DNA of 59,851 nucleotides, the filler included, from Bipalium vagum (lineage: Eukaryota), in assembly GCA_037834085.1 (NCBI GenBank). It is 3 parts of 3 records of this genome, joined end to end, with 100 filler letters (N's around TTAATTAATTAA, not from the genome) between each part and the next. Parts side by side here need not be neighbours in the genome. Positions count along the whole stretch, not along the records: positions 1 to 26,966 come from JBBMKC010111138.1; 2 more parts are not named here. One strand, 5' to 3'. This document shows positions 1-12,314 of the stretch, one piece after another. Both the position numbers and the translations under genes were made by a program. A model generated the notes under the pieces. That model was not told the origin of the DNA, made no database searches, and saw only the letters and a list, made by a program, of their open reading frames with translations. The first letter of the stretch is position 1, and every line of letters starts with the position of its first letter.

Positions 1-408
1 TTGATGAGGGCTTCGACATCGCTTGAATCAGTCTCATTTGGACGCCCGGAGCGAGAGACATCATTTAAATTGAAATCACCACTTCTGAATTTGGCAAAAC
101 ACTTTTGGCATACGCGTTTTGGTAAGGCATCAACTCCATACACTTTGCATAATTTTGTATGTACCGCCGCGGCTTCCTTACCTTTATGAAAATAATATAA
201 TATTTATATAAATAATATATAACTTACCTTTCTTAAAATAATATAGCAAGATATAGCGAAAATGCATATTGTTATCATCCATATTGTAAATTCAATTTCC
301 GCTAACAAGATTTAATTATTAAAACAATAATTGAAATAAGATATTTTTAATGTATTAGTTTGAAAAATTTTTATATTAAAAAGCGCACGAACTTAGTTGC
401 CAACCCAA
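1..408 (-). mobile_element. mariner element 5' end (TIR plus transposase N-terminus interrupted by a 46-nt intron-like segment); runs off the window start
   Basis: TIR ttgggttggcaactaagttcgtgcgctttt on - (379-408) next to TA. ATG at 282; joining 228-282 to 1-181 gives MDDNNMHFRYILLYYFKKGKEAAAVHTKLCKVYGVDALPKRVCQKCFAKFRSGDFNLNDVSRSGRP, a typical mariner HTH region. Confidence 0.92.
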
Positions 409-736
409 TATATGTAAAAGTAAAATATATTCATGTCTTGAATGCCTGTGATTTACTATCAAATTTATGATAATAATAATAAATTTATAAGGTAATTGAA
501 TGAATTTTTTATCTGGCTTGTTAATATATTATTTTTTAATATTTAATATATTTTGAAATTAAATTAATCGTGATCTATCTTAAATACTGAAGTGTACTTT
601 TACATTCAGCCGTGTATTATTGGATAATAAAATATTTCGATCACTCACTTTAATTTATCAAGGTTTTTATTATTGTTTTCATTATCATTATCATTATTGT
701 TATTATTGTTTTCCTGTGTTTTTCGATATGTTACAC

Positions 737-836
737 CTGGTTTAACAAGTCCTTTTGATTTTAAATTTTGGCATTGGGACTTTTCATCCTCCGTGATTCC
801 GGGACAATGAGACTTAGCGATAACAAGCCTGTTATT
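737..836 (-). CDS. candidate internal exon, unknown protein
   Basis: tttag acceptor, open frame NNRLVIAKSHCPGITEDEKSQCQNLKSKGLVKP, CAG|gtgtaa donor. Phase-compatible with the candidate exon at 3238-3280. Confidence 0.5.
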
Positions 837-971
837 CTAAATGTAAATTGTATACTAAATATATAATATTAAAATATTTGAAAGTTATTATACAATTTAC
901 TGATCTTAATTTTAGGTGTTCATGTAAACAGAAATAATAAAATTAATACATTAAAACTAATTTTTTGACAA

Positions 972-1703
972 TAGTTAGTCGGAAAATAATGTCCGATCTT
1001 AACATTGAACTTTAAACTTAAGCAGATCAAGTCTAATTATTCCTTCAAGCGATACCTTATTTTGATGAAATTATGGTTTTGGAGCTTGAACTCAGTCCAA
1101 CCGTTATGATGAGCGCTTGTGGTTGTAAAAAAGAACCTATTTTTCGTCACATGTCACGATTTCCTCGAGAAAAAAATTGCTGATATTTATCAAAAGAAGT
1201 GACGAGTACAGTTCAAAATGATGATTTTATTGTTTTTAGTTTAAATCATAAGGTATTGTCAATCTTCCACAAGTTTCCCAGTTGATTTAGATCACCAAGA
1301 ACTTTTTAGAAATTAGCGTCTAACTGTTCTGCGATCTCTTGGCTTGTTTGACTTGAATTTAATGTAATAAATACATTCCATTTTTCTATTTCCATTGAAA
1401 CATGATGTCCACAATCTTCATCAACAGGGCTATTATCTTCATCTCAAATATCGATGTATTAACTGCTCTCTTGTCTAATGCGCCACTGATATTTTGATTT
1501 TAATATTTTTGAATTCATAAAGATCGTTCTTATTTATATTTTATTAATATTTGAATTTTTCACTAAAAAGTTTTACTATTTAAACAAATTTTATTCTTTT
1601 ATTGAAATACTATTATCTAAAATATTTTATATTTCTTTGAACTTAATTTGTTTGAGCATAAAATTGAATTTCAAAATCGGAAATTATTTTCTGACCAACT
1701 TAA
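972..1703 (-). mobile_element. internally deleted, degenerate mariner
   Basis: Imperfect TIRs (tagttagtcggaaaataat / attattttctgaccaacttaa) and decayed HTH/WVPH-region coding remnants on -. Confidence 0.75.
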
Positions 1704-2202
1704 TTGATCTAACGAATCTACTTTTCCTGAATATAATTCACTTTTTTCTTTTTTTAAAAATTATTATTTAAAATAGTATAACAGTAAATATTTGACATAA
1801 ATCGAGATTTGAATTTTCTTATTTCTTTATTATATTCTCTGAAGGTTGACATAAAGAGATTCAATAAATTTACAGTTAAGGATCAAAGTAAATATGCTCT
1901 CTCTTTATTCACCGTTAAACTATATTATGGCTTCAATCATGACGGTTTACATATGTTGATGAAAGGAAAAAATCATAAGATTTTTTTTATTTCTCTAACA
2001 AATCAAAGGAAATGCTGAATCAAAAGATATTGTTAAATTAGTCGATGTTACGAAATCTTATATTTCAAGAGCAGCTTAAATATTTACCAACGATATTATC
2101 AGTTTTAGTAAAATGAAAAGATAATAAATATAAGTAACAATAATACCATTGGTGCTAATGATAAAAACAAACAAAGAAGTATAATAAATAATGATAAAAA
2201 TA

Positions 2203-3046
2203 TCAGGTGTCCAATTAAGTTTTTGCCTTTTTTTTTAAAAAAAGTAAGTCTATTTTTTAAGTATATATTTATTCATCGAAACAGAGTCCTTCACATTGTT
2301 TCCCTTTGCTCCAACTGGGTAATCCTATCTTAATAGAATTCCATAGGTTTACCGCTGAAGAAAGTAGATGCTTCGGATTTTAGATCTGCTTCATTTTCGA
2401 GTGTCCTTTTCTTTAGAGTCTTATTGAGAAAAAAAAACAAATGAAACTCTGTTGCCGAGACATCTGTGTTTAACTTATATCTTTCTTCCAATCTGATGCA
2501 AATTCTTCCTTATTGTTTCTTCGTTGGTATTAAATGTCAATTCAAGTTCTGTAAATGTCAGACTTGAATTAGCCTCAACTGGTTTTTTCAATTTATAATT
2601 GCTCTTGGATACTGGTCTTCTAAGTAGGTTCATAATCTAGATTCTCATTACGTCTGAAATCAATTACAAACTGCTTTTTCTTTTAATGCGTCTTTTACAC
2701 ATGCTAAAAAAGTTTTAGAAAAGTTTCTGAGGCATCAAATCTTAGCTTGTATTCATAAAGTAGACAGGAACGGATGGTTATTTTTTTCGGTCATTTTAAC
2801 TAATAAAAATTATCAAAAAGCAATTATAATATAATATTAGGTTGTCCAGTATGAAATGTCGATTGAAATTTGATTGACTACTAAAAATACGACATTTCAT
2901 ACTGGACAACCTAATATATTTAAGTATAAACAAGAATATTTGATTTAAAGTAATATTTTTAAACAAATTCTTTTGAATAGGAAAAAAAAATAAATTATTC
3001 GATGAAATGTAAATTACAAAATCGCCAGAAACTTAATCGGACACAA
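2203..3046 (-). mobile_element. degenerate mariner with nested MITE
   Basis: TA-tcaggtgtccaattaagttt and aaacttaatcggacac ends; decayed transposase remnants on -. Confidence 0.7.
2837..2914. mobile_element. 78-bp mariner MITE (MADE1-like architecture)
   Basis: Perfect 25-bp TIRs ttaggttgtccagtatgaaatgtcg / cgacatttcatactggacaacctaa, 28-bp spacer, TA on both sides. Confidence 0.92.
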
Positions 3047-3237
3047 TAAAATACGAAACAAATATATAAAGATAATCTAAGAGTAGAATGGAAATTCTTC
3101 CTAAAAGTTTGAACATTAAAAGCCAAATTAATATTTTCCAAATTAATTTTTCTAATATTTTACAATAATCGAACTGTGAAAGTATTAATTTTTTGTGTCA
3201 CATTTATGTAATTATTTTAAGTTTCATGTTAACATAC

Positions 3238-3280
3238 TTTTTGAGTAGTTTCCAAAGACTTTGGTTCTTCTTCTGATTGT
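3238..3280 (-). CDS. candidate 43-nt exon, unknown protein
   Basis: ttcag acceptor and gtatgt donor. One open frame reads QSEEEPKSLETTQK, but all three frames are open. Confidence 0.4.
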
Positions 3281-4100
3281 CTGAACATATAAAATATAAT
3301 TAATTAAATTAAATCAGTGAGAAAGACAGAAAATGAAACGAGTCGGTGCTAATAATTATTGTAATCAGAAAGCAATGAAAAATATATAGAGGAAGAATTA
3401 TGAAATGTTTATTTAAATGCAACAGTTTTCATCTTAGCTAGAATATCAACATAAACAACTTGTGCATTTCATTAATAATTTTTATTTTTAATAATTATAT
3501 TAATTAAGCGTTATTATTAGTTATAGTTATTATATATATATATGTATATATTAAACCAATAAATGAGCATTTATTACTCAAATAAATTAAGATTATCTGA
3601 GACTTTGATACTGAAAAAAACTTTAAACCCGAGAAATGATGAATAAAATAATTTTAAAAATGTGGTTTAATTAGAAAGAGAAATGAAAGATAAATTCGAG
3701 GTTGAGTGGCCACATAACTATTAGGATGAATTTATTTTCCACATTCCTGAATTAATTTTATTTGTTAATTATTAAAAGAGAATGTTATATTATTTTGTAA
3801 ATCTTTTTACTACATTTTGTTAATTCTTTTAAATCATTGCAAATAAATATAAAAGAACCATTCTTTATAATTTAAAGTAGAGTAATATTAAATTACACTT
3901 GAATTTAGTCTAATTAAAATTAACATCAATAAAAAATATTTTTTCAAGCAATTAAAAAGCTCCTAATTCAAATCAATATATTTTAAAAATAATTTCAACA
4001 CGAAGACGAAAAATATGCAAACCGTTTTTTCATAGCAGCCTTCAAATTATATAAAATAATAATAATATTTATTTTAATAATACAATATAAAATTTTTTTA

Positions 4101-4375
4101 TTATATAGCCTTGAGTTTGAATTCAACATTTGCCTGACCACATTTTAAACCCCAACAGTAGTCGGCTAACATAGCGGACATCAATTTCCCTCTATATCTG
4201 CCTTCAACAATTTGATGAAATCTTTTGACCTGATCATCGTTGAAGTCACTACAATTTTTTGGTAAAAATGAGAGAGGACAATGCATCAAACGTAGTTTTA
4301 GTGACAACAGAGAGCCCAGCGTCTTATAAGTTTTAAAAAAGTCATTTACTAACTGCACACAATTCGTTTCCTTGT
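4101..4375 (-). mobile_element. DNA transposase C-terminal remnant, probably Chapaev3-like (CMC)
   Basis: SLKLRLMHCPLSFLPKNCSDFNDDQVKRFHQ..EGRYRGK..AMLADYCW resembles the SLK.HFLHSHLDFFPEN.G..SDE.GERFHQ...RYQG....MLADYCW motif. Family assignment is from memory. Confidence 0.65.
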
Positions 4376-4552
4376 GTTTTCTAGTGTGCTTACCATGGCA
4401 TATTTAAACGTCAAATTCATCTACATCAAGTGAATCTTCAGAACTCATAACTAACAAGTCAAAATTAATAAGACTAATTATAATACATTACAACATTATT
4501 TATTTTTAATTTTATTAAACTTTTAAAACGTTTATGATAAAATATAGGAATC

Positions 4553-4574
4553 TAATAATAATAATAATAATAAC

Positions 4575-4628
<54 letters not shown>
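4553..4628. repeat. (AAT)n microsatellite
   Basis: About 25 near-perfect AAT units. Confidence 0.97.
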
Positions 4629-4629
<1 letters not shown>

Positions 4630-4957
4630 GAAGGATCGGGAAATTGTATTAAATAATACTTTAAATAATATTTTTCTTAAAAATTAACTATGGAAATGAA
4701 AATTAAATATATTTTTAAATATATCCCTTATAAATGGGTATTAAATATTGCAAATATTTATTATTTGAAATAAAATATAATTAAGACTAATACTAATACG
4801 TAAAGCAAAATATTGACTGTCAACCAGGACCACAAATCAGCGAGGAAAAATTCACTTGTAAAATATCAATAAAATCTTTAAATAAATTGCGATAGCTCAG
4901 GGCTGACTGTCTAAAAGACAAAATACTTTACCAAATAAAAAGAAAAGTGACCTATAC

Positions 4958-5367
4958 TCAGTCCTGAGAAATCAAAGGATTAGAAGTCATCGATCTAGAG
5001 CTCACTTCTTCAAAGTTGTCCCAATTGACGGAATTGATTTCGACAGCTTTTATCCAACTGATGTCAAGCAGGTCGATTTTAGTACAAGATGATGGTGTAG
5101 GTACTTTTTCTTCGATTGTCAAACCGGAAAACTGAGCCTGGGGTCCTTTGAAAGGGTCTATTTTTTCTGTCAGCCCTTCCAGTTCCTGCTCCACATGTTG
5201 ATAGAACTGGTTGTGTTGATATTGTTCGAGTCTGGACTTTACTTGTTGTTGATGATGAGGGCCATGGTTAATGAACTCATTACTGACACTGTCTATAAGC
5301 ACTATTGATTGTGTTGGGGAATATTTGCTAGGATTACTGATTGACAGTTCTGTTTCTGACACATTTG
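4958..5367 (-). CDS. unknown gene, exon 3 (last coding exon in this model)
   Basis: cgttag acceptor in phase 1 matches exon 2. Long open frame TNVSETELSISNPSKY...PLISQD then TGA; higher GC than flanks. Confidence 0.7.
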
Positions 5368-5599
5368 CTAACGATCAAAGATAAACAAAGGGTTCAATAT
5401 AAATTTTCAATTGAAAATGCTGATCTCAATTTTTAAAATTTACTGATAGGCGTCTGATTTATTTATTTTGATTTGCGCAATTTTATTTTTTTTAAGGTAA
5501 TATTTTCCAAATATTGTTTAAATAATACTATCGTGTTTTCATACAATAATTTTGAATAGTAAAATAATTTTGCAGGTTAAATTATAATATTTTGCACCA

Positions 5600-6929
5600 T
5601 TTTATGTCTAGTACTTAGATGGCCAATACTATTGACATAACGTAGAACAGTTACAATGAAACAGAAAGACAAATTATCAAATAATTCAATGACGGATTTG
5701 GAGTAGCAGAAATATATGAGATGTCAAATTACAGTCACACAACTGTTGACAGTATCTGTAAAAGAGATAAATCCGCAATAAAATGGCCTTAAAAATATAT
5801 GTACGTTAAAGCAAAAGGATGACACTAAAGTCCGTCCGAAAATTATAATTAAAATGGAGCCAATATGAATGATTTTGATACAAGATTTGAATATAAAGGG
5901 TTTACCATTAAGCAAAGAAAATATTTGGATATTTATAATTCCTTAAGGCAGTCTGATGAGAATCATTCATTTAATGTTGTGTAAATGTTGGTTCAAGAAT
6001 TTAAAAAACTGAAATCAATTACGTGATCTACGTATGAATGGTGAAATGGCAAGAGCTGATAGAAAAGGAACTACAGATTTTGTAAGGAAATTCTAATGGA
6101 AGTTAATGAAATATATTCGTTGTCACAACTAATAAATATGGAAGAGTGTGATTTGTTTTGGAAAAATGACATCAAAAACGGTTTATTGAAAAATCAGGAG
6201 AAACACCACCAAGTCACAAGGCTTCAAAAGAATGATTGACTTTTTTTTAAGAGGCAATTCAAGTGTTAATTTAAAATTGAACCCACTTTAATATATACAC
6301 ACGATAACCTGAGAGCTTTAAAAATGTTAATATAGATAAACTTCGTGTTTATTGGAGAGCAAATAAAAATGCATGAATGGTAAACGCAATATTTTTTGAT
6401 TGGGTGAAAAAAGCCTACTTAAGCAATTAAAGATTTATTCTGAAAAGTACAGCATTCATTTCTCATTTTTAGTTTTACTTGATAATGCACCACGACATTC
6501 AAAACTAGAATCTCTAAATTCTTTATTTGATAGCATTAAGTTTCAGTTTCTCTCATCAAACACAACCTCCATTATGCAACCTATGGATCAGAGTGTGATA
6601 GCAACATTTAACGTTACTACCAAAAAAACCATATCAATCAATTTTAAACCAAAATGTTGATGTGGAAGCACTTAAGTTACTGGTTAAAAATATTCAATCG
6701 TAAATCCAATTAATAATATAGTTCTTTTTAATGTAAGCATGAACCGTCATTGTTACTTCTTCATTGATATTATTGATTACGTTTAAAGGTTTAGTCAAAA
6801 TAAAAATATACTAATATATCCTTATTTGTCATTGTTTAAAAGACTGGAACCCCGTTTTGTATTATTCTCTAATCTTTATTTGTGTAACTTTTTTGGAACG
6901 TATCTCTTACAAAAATCGAGTTCCCCCTG
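5600..6929 (+). mobile_element. degenerate pogo/Tigger element
   Basis: DDE_1-type motifs VLLDNAPRH and FLSSNTTSIMQPMDQSVIATF; CENP-B-like N-terminal remnants; right end cgagttccccctg-TA. Left end approximate. Confidence 0.88.
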
Positions 6930-6997
6930 TACATATATTTGAAAGGATTAATATTGTTTTATAAAATAATTTCAGTTTGAATAGAATAATAACTTAC

Positions 6998-7166
6998 TCA
7001 AGCTGAACTCTTTACTATTGCTCAATGAATTCAAGCAATTTTGATCAAAATTGATTTCACTGGAATAATTTATCGATGTATTTAAGAGTTCCACAGATAT
7101 TTTTGACTTCAAATTAGATGATTCTTCAACCAGAGAACTTATGTCTTTGATGATATATTCACTTTC
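6998..7166 (-). CDS. unknown gene, exon 2
   Basis: aatag acceptor, 169-nt open frame ESEYIIKDISSLVEESSNLKSK...KEFSL, A|gtaagt donor. Phases 0/1 fit the neighbouring exons. Confidence 0.7.
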
Positions 7167-7795
7167 CTATTAGGTTGTTAATTGTTATTACTCTAAATAC
7201 AATCATTAAAGCAGTATTATCATTATTTTTTTTTATTATTTTTTTCATATACATTTGTGCCTTTTAATATAATAACAATTTGTTTTCTCAAATTTAACCT
7301 GACTCGAATTCTAGTAGGTGGTGCAATTAACAACAATTATTAAAGCAATAACGTGTAATTATATCAGTGTAACAGGGTCTATCTTAATAAACCTGTACCC
7401 AATAATTATCGTAAAAGATTTATTTTAAAATTAAATTTTGACTGACTCATTTAATAAAAATCGATTCATTGATTTAATTTTTTCTTAATTATTAATTTTT
7501 AATAGATTCAGTTCAATGTTTATTTGGTATTTTTTTGATGAAGTTTTGATTTTATATGATTAAACTAATCTTAATCGAGTCTGAACGATTTTGTGTTAAT
7601 GTTTCATAAGCTCATTATAATTTAAAGCTTAATATTTTATAATTGTTCCACCAAACGTTAGGTTCAATTCATTCTTTCTGATAACTTAGCTTTTTATGTA
7701 AAGTTGCCCACCTCTTACATATATATTTTAACAAAAATAACCTAAATTATAAATAAAAATAATAACAAAATTATTTATTTTAACTAATCATATTT

Positions 7796-8560
7796 TCGGT
7801 TGTTCAAAATAAAACGGTTTTTAAAAAGCGGTTTATTATCAATCGATAAAAATGTCCACCGTTCAATATTTATTATATGAGTTCTTTTTTTTCGAATCAT
7901 TCTCGTCTTTAAAATTCTGCGAAATCTAAGCTATGGTATAGTATCTCCCCTATTTTTTCCGAAATGTACTTCTTAGACACATTTCCTCAGCTCAGATTTG
8001 GTTTGGGTTGAATCTTCCACCAGTAATGATTTCAAATCTTTATCTTCAAATAATTTTGAAGATCCCAGGGTGAATTGCTTCTTGATGTAGGTCCAAAGAG
8101 TTGTGGTTCGCCATGTTAGTGGTTGCTGAAAAAAAATTGTTACCTTCCATAATAATTTATTTATTCAAACCGTTTTTCTGTTTTGTTCAATTTGCTATTA
8201 AAACAAATGAAATTTTAATACTTTTCACATATAAAATTTTCGCATTTAATTCGAATATATTGAGCTTTAAAATTTATACTTGTTTTTATTAAAAATTTAA
8301 TTTATACTTTTATTTAATTATTAAAATCTTTTAGCTCAATATACTGCAAATTAAATTAAAAAATTAAATATGTTAATCAGATATTTTTAGATTCTCACAG
8401 TAAGCCTTCCGATATCTTTGCCTTTGGTATCGTAATTGCACTTTTCAAATCAACAAAACCAATCATAACTTGTCATAATGACAACATTCTTACAACCAAT
8501 TGTTAAAGTATGCAGACATTTTTGAATTGATGTATTATTTAAACAACGATTTAATAAATA
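7796..8560 (-). mobile_element. mariner fragments
   Basis: TIR-like ttcggttgttcaaaataaaacggt; on -, YDWFC*FEKCNYDTKGKDIGR resembles WF.RFKSGNFDLED..RSGRP. Confidence 0.6.
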
Positions 8561-9165
8561 AAGATAATCGATAATATTTTTTATGTATATTCAATTTTAA
8601 GAATGTATACAAAAGACAATCTGATTTTTTTCTTGTCGTTCAATAAAATGTCAGAGAAAAAAGTTATTTATTCATTTCATGAAGTTATTTTTTCATCCAC
8701 GGGTTTTTACATTTATTCACATTAGTCCCTATTCGACTTAGATTAATTAAGAATTTCCTCTAACACTTCGTCGACACAAGATAAACTGTTGAATGGTCAC
8801 AAAGTTCATATTTTTTGATTACTTTTGAAATATTATTAAACTACAGAGATATTCATGGAAGAACGTGAAACCTAAAATAGTCGATGAAGTTATTTCTGTC
8901 ACATAGTAAGATTTCACTGTTTCATTTGAAGTCAAAGGTCATGATCATTTGAAAATAAATATTTTTTGTTTATTATCATTTTGCTTTTGGCGTTAATAAT
9001 TTGTCAAGTCCGCGGTCATTCTTTGTATTGATTATATTAGAAGTGAATAAAATTCTAGATCGAGTGCAACTTTATTAAGAAAATTTTTAAAAAAATGGAA
9101 AATAGTTAAGAAAAATAATTTGTTAATATTAAGACTTATAGATCAATAAAATATCATATATGAAC

Positions 9166-9369
9166 CTGTTCACTGGCATCTGCAAGACATTCAGGGGAAC
9201 AGTAGTTCAATGAAAAGCAACGATTGACTGTACATCTCGTAGAACAGGGATTCTCCGATTCGTGAGTGGTTTTGGCAGATAAAAGAGGTTCTCTGTGACC
9301 AGAAGATTCTTTTTCCAAATTCATCTGTACTTTTTGTGGCACAAATAGGGGTGATCGCTTTTCAATCAT
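9166..9369 (-). CDS. unknown gene, exon 1 (about 260-aa Ser/Glu-rich product in a 3-exon model)
   Basis: ORF MIEKRSPLFVPQ...CSTRCTVNRCFSLNYCSPECLADASEQ ending CAG|gttcat in phase 0. No recognisable domain; true start uncertain. Confidence 0.62.
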
Positions 9370-9589
9370 ATCTAAGTTTTTCGGAATTTGGTTAAAAATA
9401 TTATCTTATTTGGAAGAAAGTATTTTAATGAGGACACAAAAACAATATAAATAATATACAATCCCTCATTTTAAATTTCATATAAAGTTAGGTATAATAT
9501 ATATTCACTATCATTAACGACAGTCATCTGACAAATTTCCATCGAAAACTAGATACCATCAGCAAAAGTTTTATCCTACTCTTCATATA

Positions 9590-10257
9590 CAGGGTAGCTC
9601 AAAAGTAACTTAATGATTTTAAATAATATTAAAATGTAAATATTCCAGACAATTATTTATTTTGAATATTACATCAGATCAGTCCATAAGTTCGTGCGTA
9701 TTAATAAATATTATATAAATATAAAAATAAAAAGCAAATCGAAATCGATATGAAACATTTATTCATGGAAATAATTACCATTGTTTTCTACAATCTTTTT
9801 CCACCTGTCAGGAAGTTTTTTAAAACCATCTGCATAAAATGACAAAGGTTTGAAGAATCAAAGATATAATGCAATACCCACGAATTTATGGACTGACCTG
9901 ATACATAAACAATAATTCACAGAGGTCTTTATTTCTGGTTTGCTACGGTCTTCCCAATCTTTACAAATCGTTTACGGAGCCCTGACCTCGGAAACGTTTA
10001 ATTAATTGCATAATCATAAAGGCTGTTGGTGGCTTCTTAACATTGAAATGTTGGCAATATTTCCGTTGAGTTCGGATTATTGAATTATTTTTTTGAAACT
10101 AAAATTCCACGATTTTCGTTCGTTCAGATATTGTATATCTTTGTGACATTAATTTCTTGGAATCCTTCTTATATCTACAATTATTTCAAAATAAATAAAT
10201 ATTGATTTTATTTTTTATGAATTTTTAAAATCATTAAGTTACTTTTGCGCCACTCTG
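9590..10257 (-). mobile_element. non-autonomous Tc1/mariner element with a nested mariner deletion derivative (9674-9901)
   Basis: Outer TIRs cagggtagctcaaaagtaacttaatgattttaaa / tttaaaatcattaagttacttttgcgccactctg with TA flanks. Inner TIRs tcagatcagtccataagttcgtg / cacgaatttatggactgacctga. Confidence 0.85.
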
Positions 10258-10699
10258 TATAAAATATACAGTTAAATAAAACAATTTTTAAAATAAAACT
10301 GGGTTTTTATTGAAAGCATTTTATCAAGGTTGTTTTTTATTAGTTTTATCAAAAATTTCTTCAAACGTATATCTTTCTCTTTCTTTTTTTTAGAATTTAA
10401 AATATTTCTTCTTAAATTTATATTGGTTTATTTTTTGAAAGTTTTTATTTTTATATTATATTATTAATTTTTATCACACAAAAGTGTATTCTATTCTTAA
10501 TTTCCTTTCAGAATTTTTTAAAGAATATTTAAAAAGTTGGTTACAGATAAAACATATATTGTGCTTTCTTATTTTCTGTAATTTATTTTCATTTAGTTCA
10601 CAATAAATAATAAATAATAAATAATAGATAATAATAAGATTACCTAGTGAAAAGAAGTTTCAAAATTCTACTAGGTTTTATGAAAAGTTATTCTTAATA

Positions 10700-11590
10700 T
10701 TCTTTTATCAAAATAAATATTTTTAATAACAACTATCAAAAATGTGATATCATTGATATATCAATGTCAAACTATATTTGTAAGTATTGTTTAAATAAAC
10801 ACATCAATGTATTTATTTAAATTTATAATTATAGTAAAATAAATACAGAAAAATTGGAATTCGAGGTTTGATCCGTCATTATTAGAAAAGGGGATTTACT
10901 ATTGCTGCCACCACTATGAGTATTTATGATATTGAAATCTTACAGATGACCACTTTTCCCGTCGTTTTAGTAATTCAGTTGAAACATAAGTCTATTTCTT
11001 TAATCAAGGGAAAAATAAGTATTGGATGTTACATGACCAATCTCCAGCAGCATGTCTCCGAAAGAGTCGATTTTGAAAAAAGATCTGTTTGGTGGAATTT
11101 TAAAGGTGAGATTCATTTTAAGTTTTTATTATAATATCGGGCTATGAATGCTGGTCTCTGATTTGAATAGCTTGACAGAATCAAATTTTGAGAATAATTT
11201 CCAAGTTTAATCAATAAAACCGATTTCTCTATCAGTTTGACAATGTGTAACCTCATTTGAGATAGATATACTACACTTAATGGAATTAAACTCTTGCCTT
11301 ATCCTTCTTATAGTCTATAACTTGGACCCTCAGGCTTTGCACTTTTTTAGAGGACAGTGGTTTCTTAATGTTGAAGAAGTCAAGAAATTTCACAAGAAGT
11401 TCTTTTCTTCCAAGTGTTAAGAATGGTACAGTGAATAAATCATAAAAATTTGCCATAATATGGTAAAATGTTGCACGTAATAACGGTTCTTATTTTAAAA
11501 TTAATAAATTATATTTTTTCTTATTTTTTTATATATAATTGCAGTATGTTTTGCGTTAATTTTGAAATCAAGGATATTTTTGTTAACCTT
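10700..11590 (+). mobile_element. degenerate mariner
   Basis: Remnants of SVWWNFKGEIHF, LLPYPSYSL*LGPS (YSPDLAPSD) and C-terminal motifs. Ends approximate. Confidence 0.75.
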
Positions 11591-11738
11591 TTTAATACAA
11601 TATTTTCCAGTATAGTTTGATTTTATGTGGCTTTTGAAATAGTTAGGAAAATTTGAAATTATTTATTTTTATTAAATGTGAATAATTTTTTTATTAATAA
11701 ATAATAATATTTTATCTAATCAACGTGTCAATTTTTAG

Positions 11739-11987
11739 CAATATGTGATATTAAAGGGGCAATATATGATGGAAGTAAATTTCTTAATAGTAATTTGTCC
11801 AGAATGTAACGAGATTGCGAAAATTGAAAACCTTTTCTCAAACGTATATAGCCATATTAACACATATGAAACTTTTCTGGGTAATCTTATAAGCACCAGA
11901 TGTGCAGGCATGATAATTGATCAAAGTGACAAATTCATTTTGGCTTGGAATAAGATTAATGAAGACATACAAAATATTTTTATGAAG
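11739..11987 (+). CDS. NIT-domain guanylyl cyclase, exon 4 (second half of NIT domain)
   Basis: tttttag acceptor, 249-nt phase 0-0 exon QYVILKGQYMME...AWNKINEDIQNIFMK, AAG|gtaaaa donor. Confidence 0.8.
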
Positions 11988-12314
11988 GTAAAAAAATTAA
12001 ACTTTTAACATAAATGTCTTTATTTATATTTCATTGATAATAATAGATTTATTGGAAAAACTTTAATATTTTAGTGATTTTTTGTTTTGCCACTTATTAT
12101 AATTATTGATTATTGTATTTCTTAACTAATTAAACTTTTTTACATATGTATTATAAAATATAGAATGAATAATAATTATTATAATTATATAATTATACAG
12201 TTTATTTAATAATAAACATTTTAACTTGAGATATATCAGAAATTCTACGGTAATGGTATTATGAATTAACCAGATAAATGGTGAAAGGTTATCGAAAATA
12301 GTTGTTTGTTTCTA

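Noticed and set aside
8391-8506. Plus-strand SKPSDIFAFGIVIALF resembling a kinase-homology exon of a receptor guanylyl cyclase
   Set aside because: In-frame stop before the donor; the opposite strand is a mariner HTH remnant; the cyclase model joins TM directly to the coiled coil with no kinase domain.
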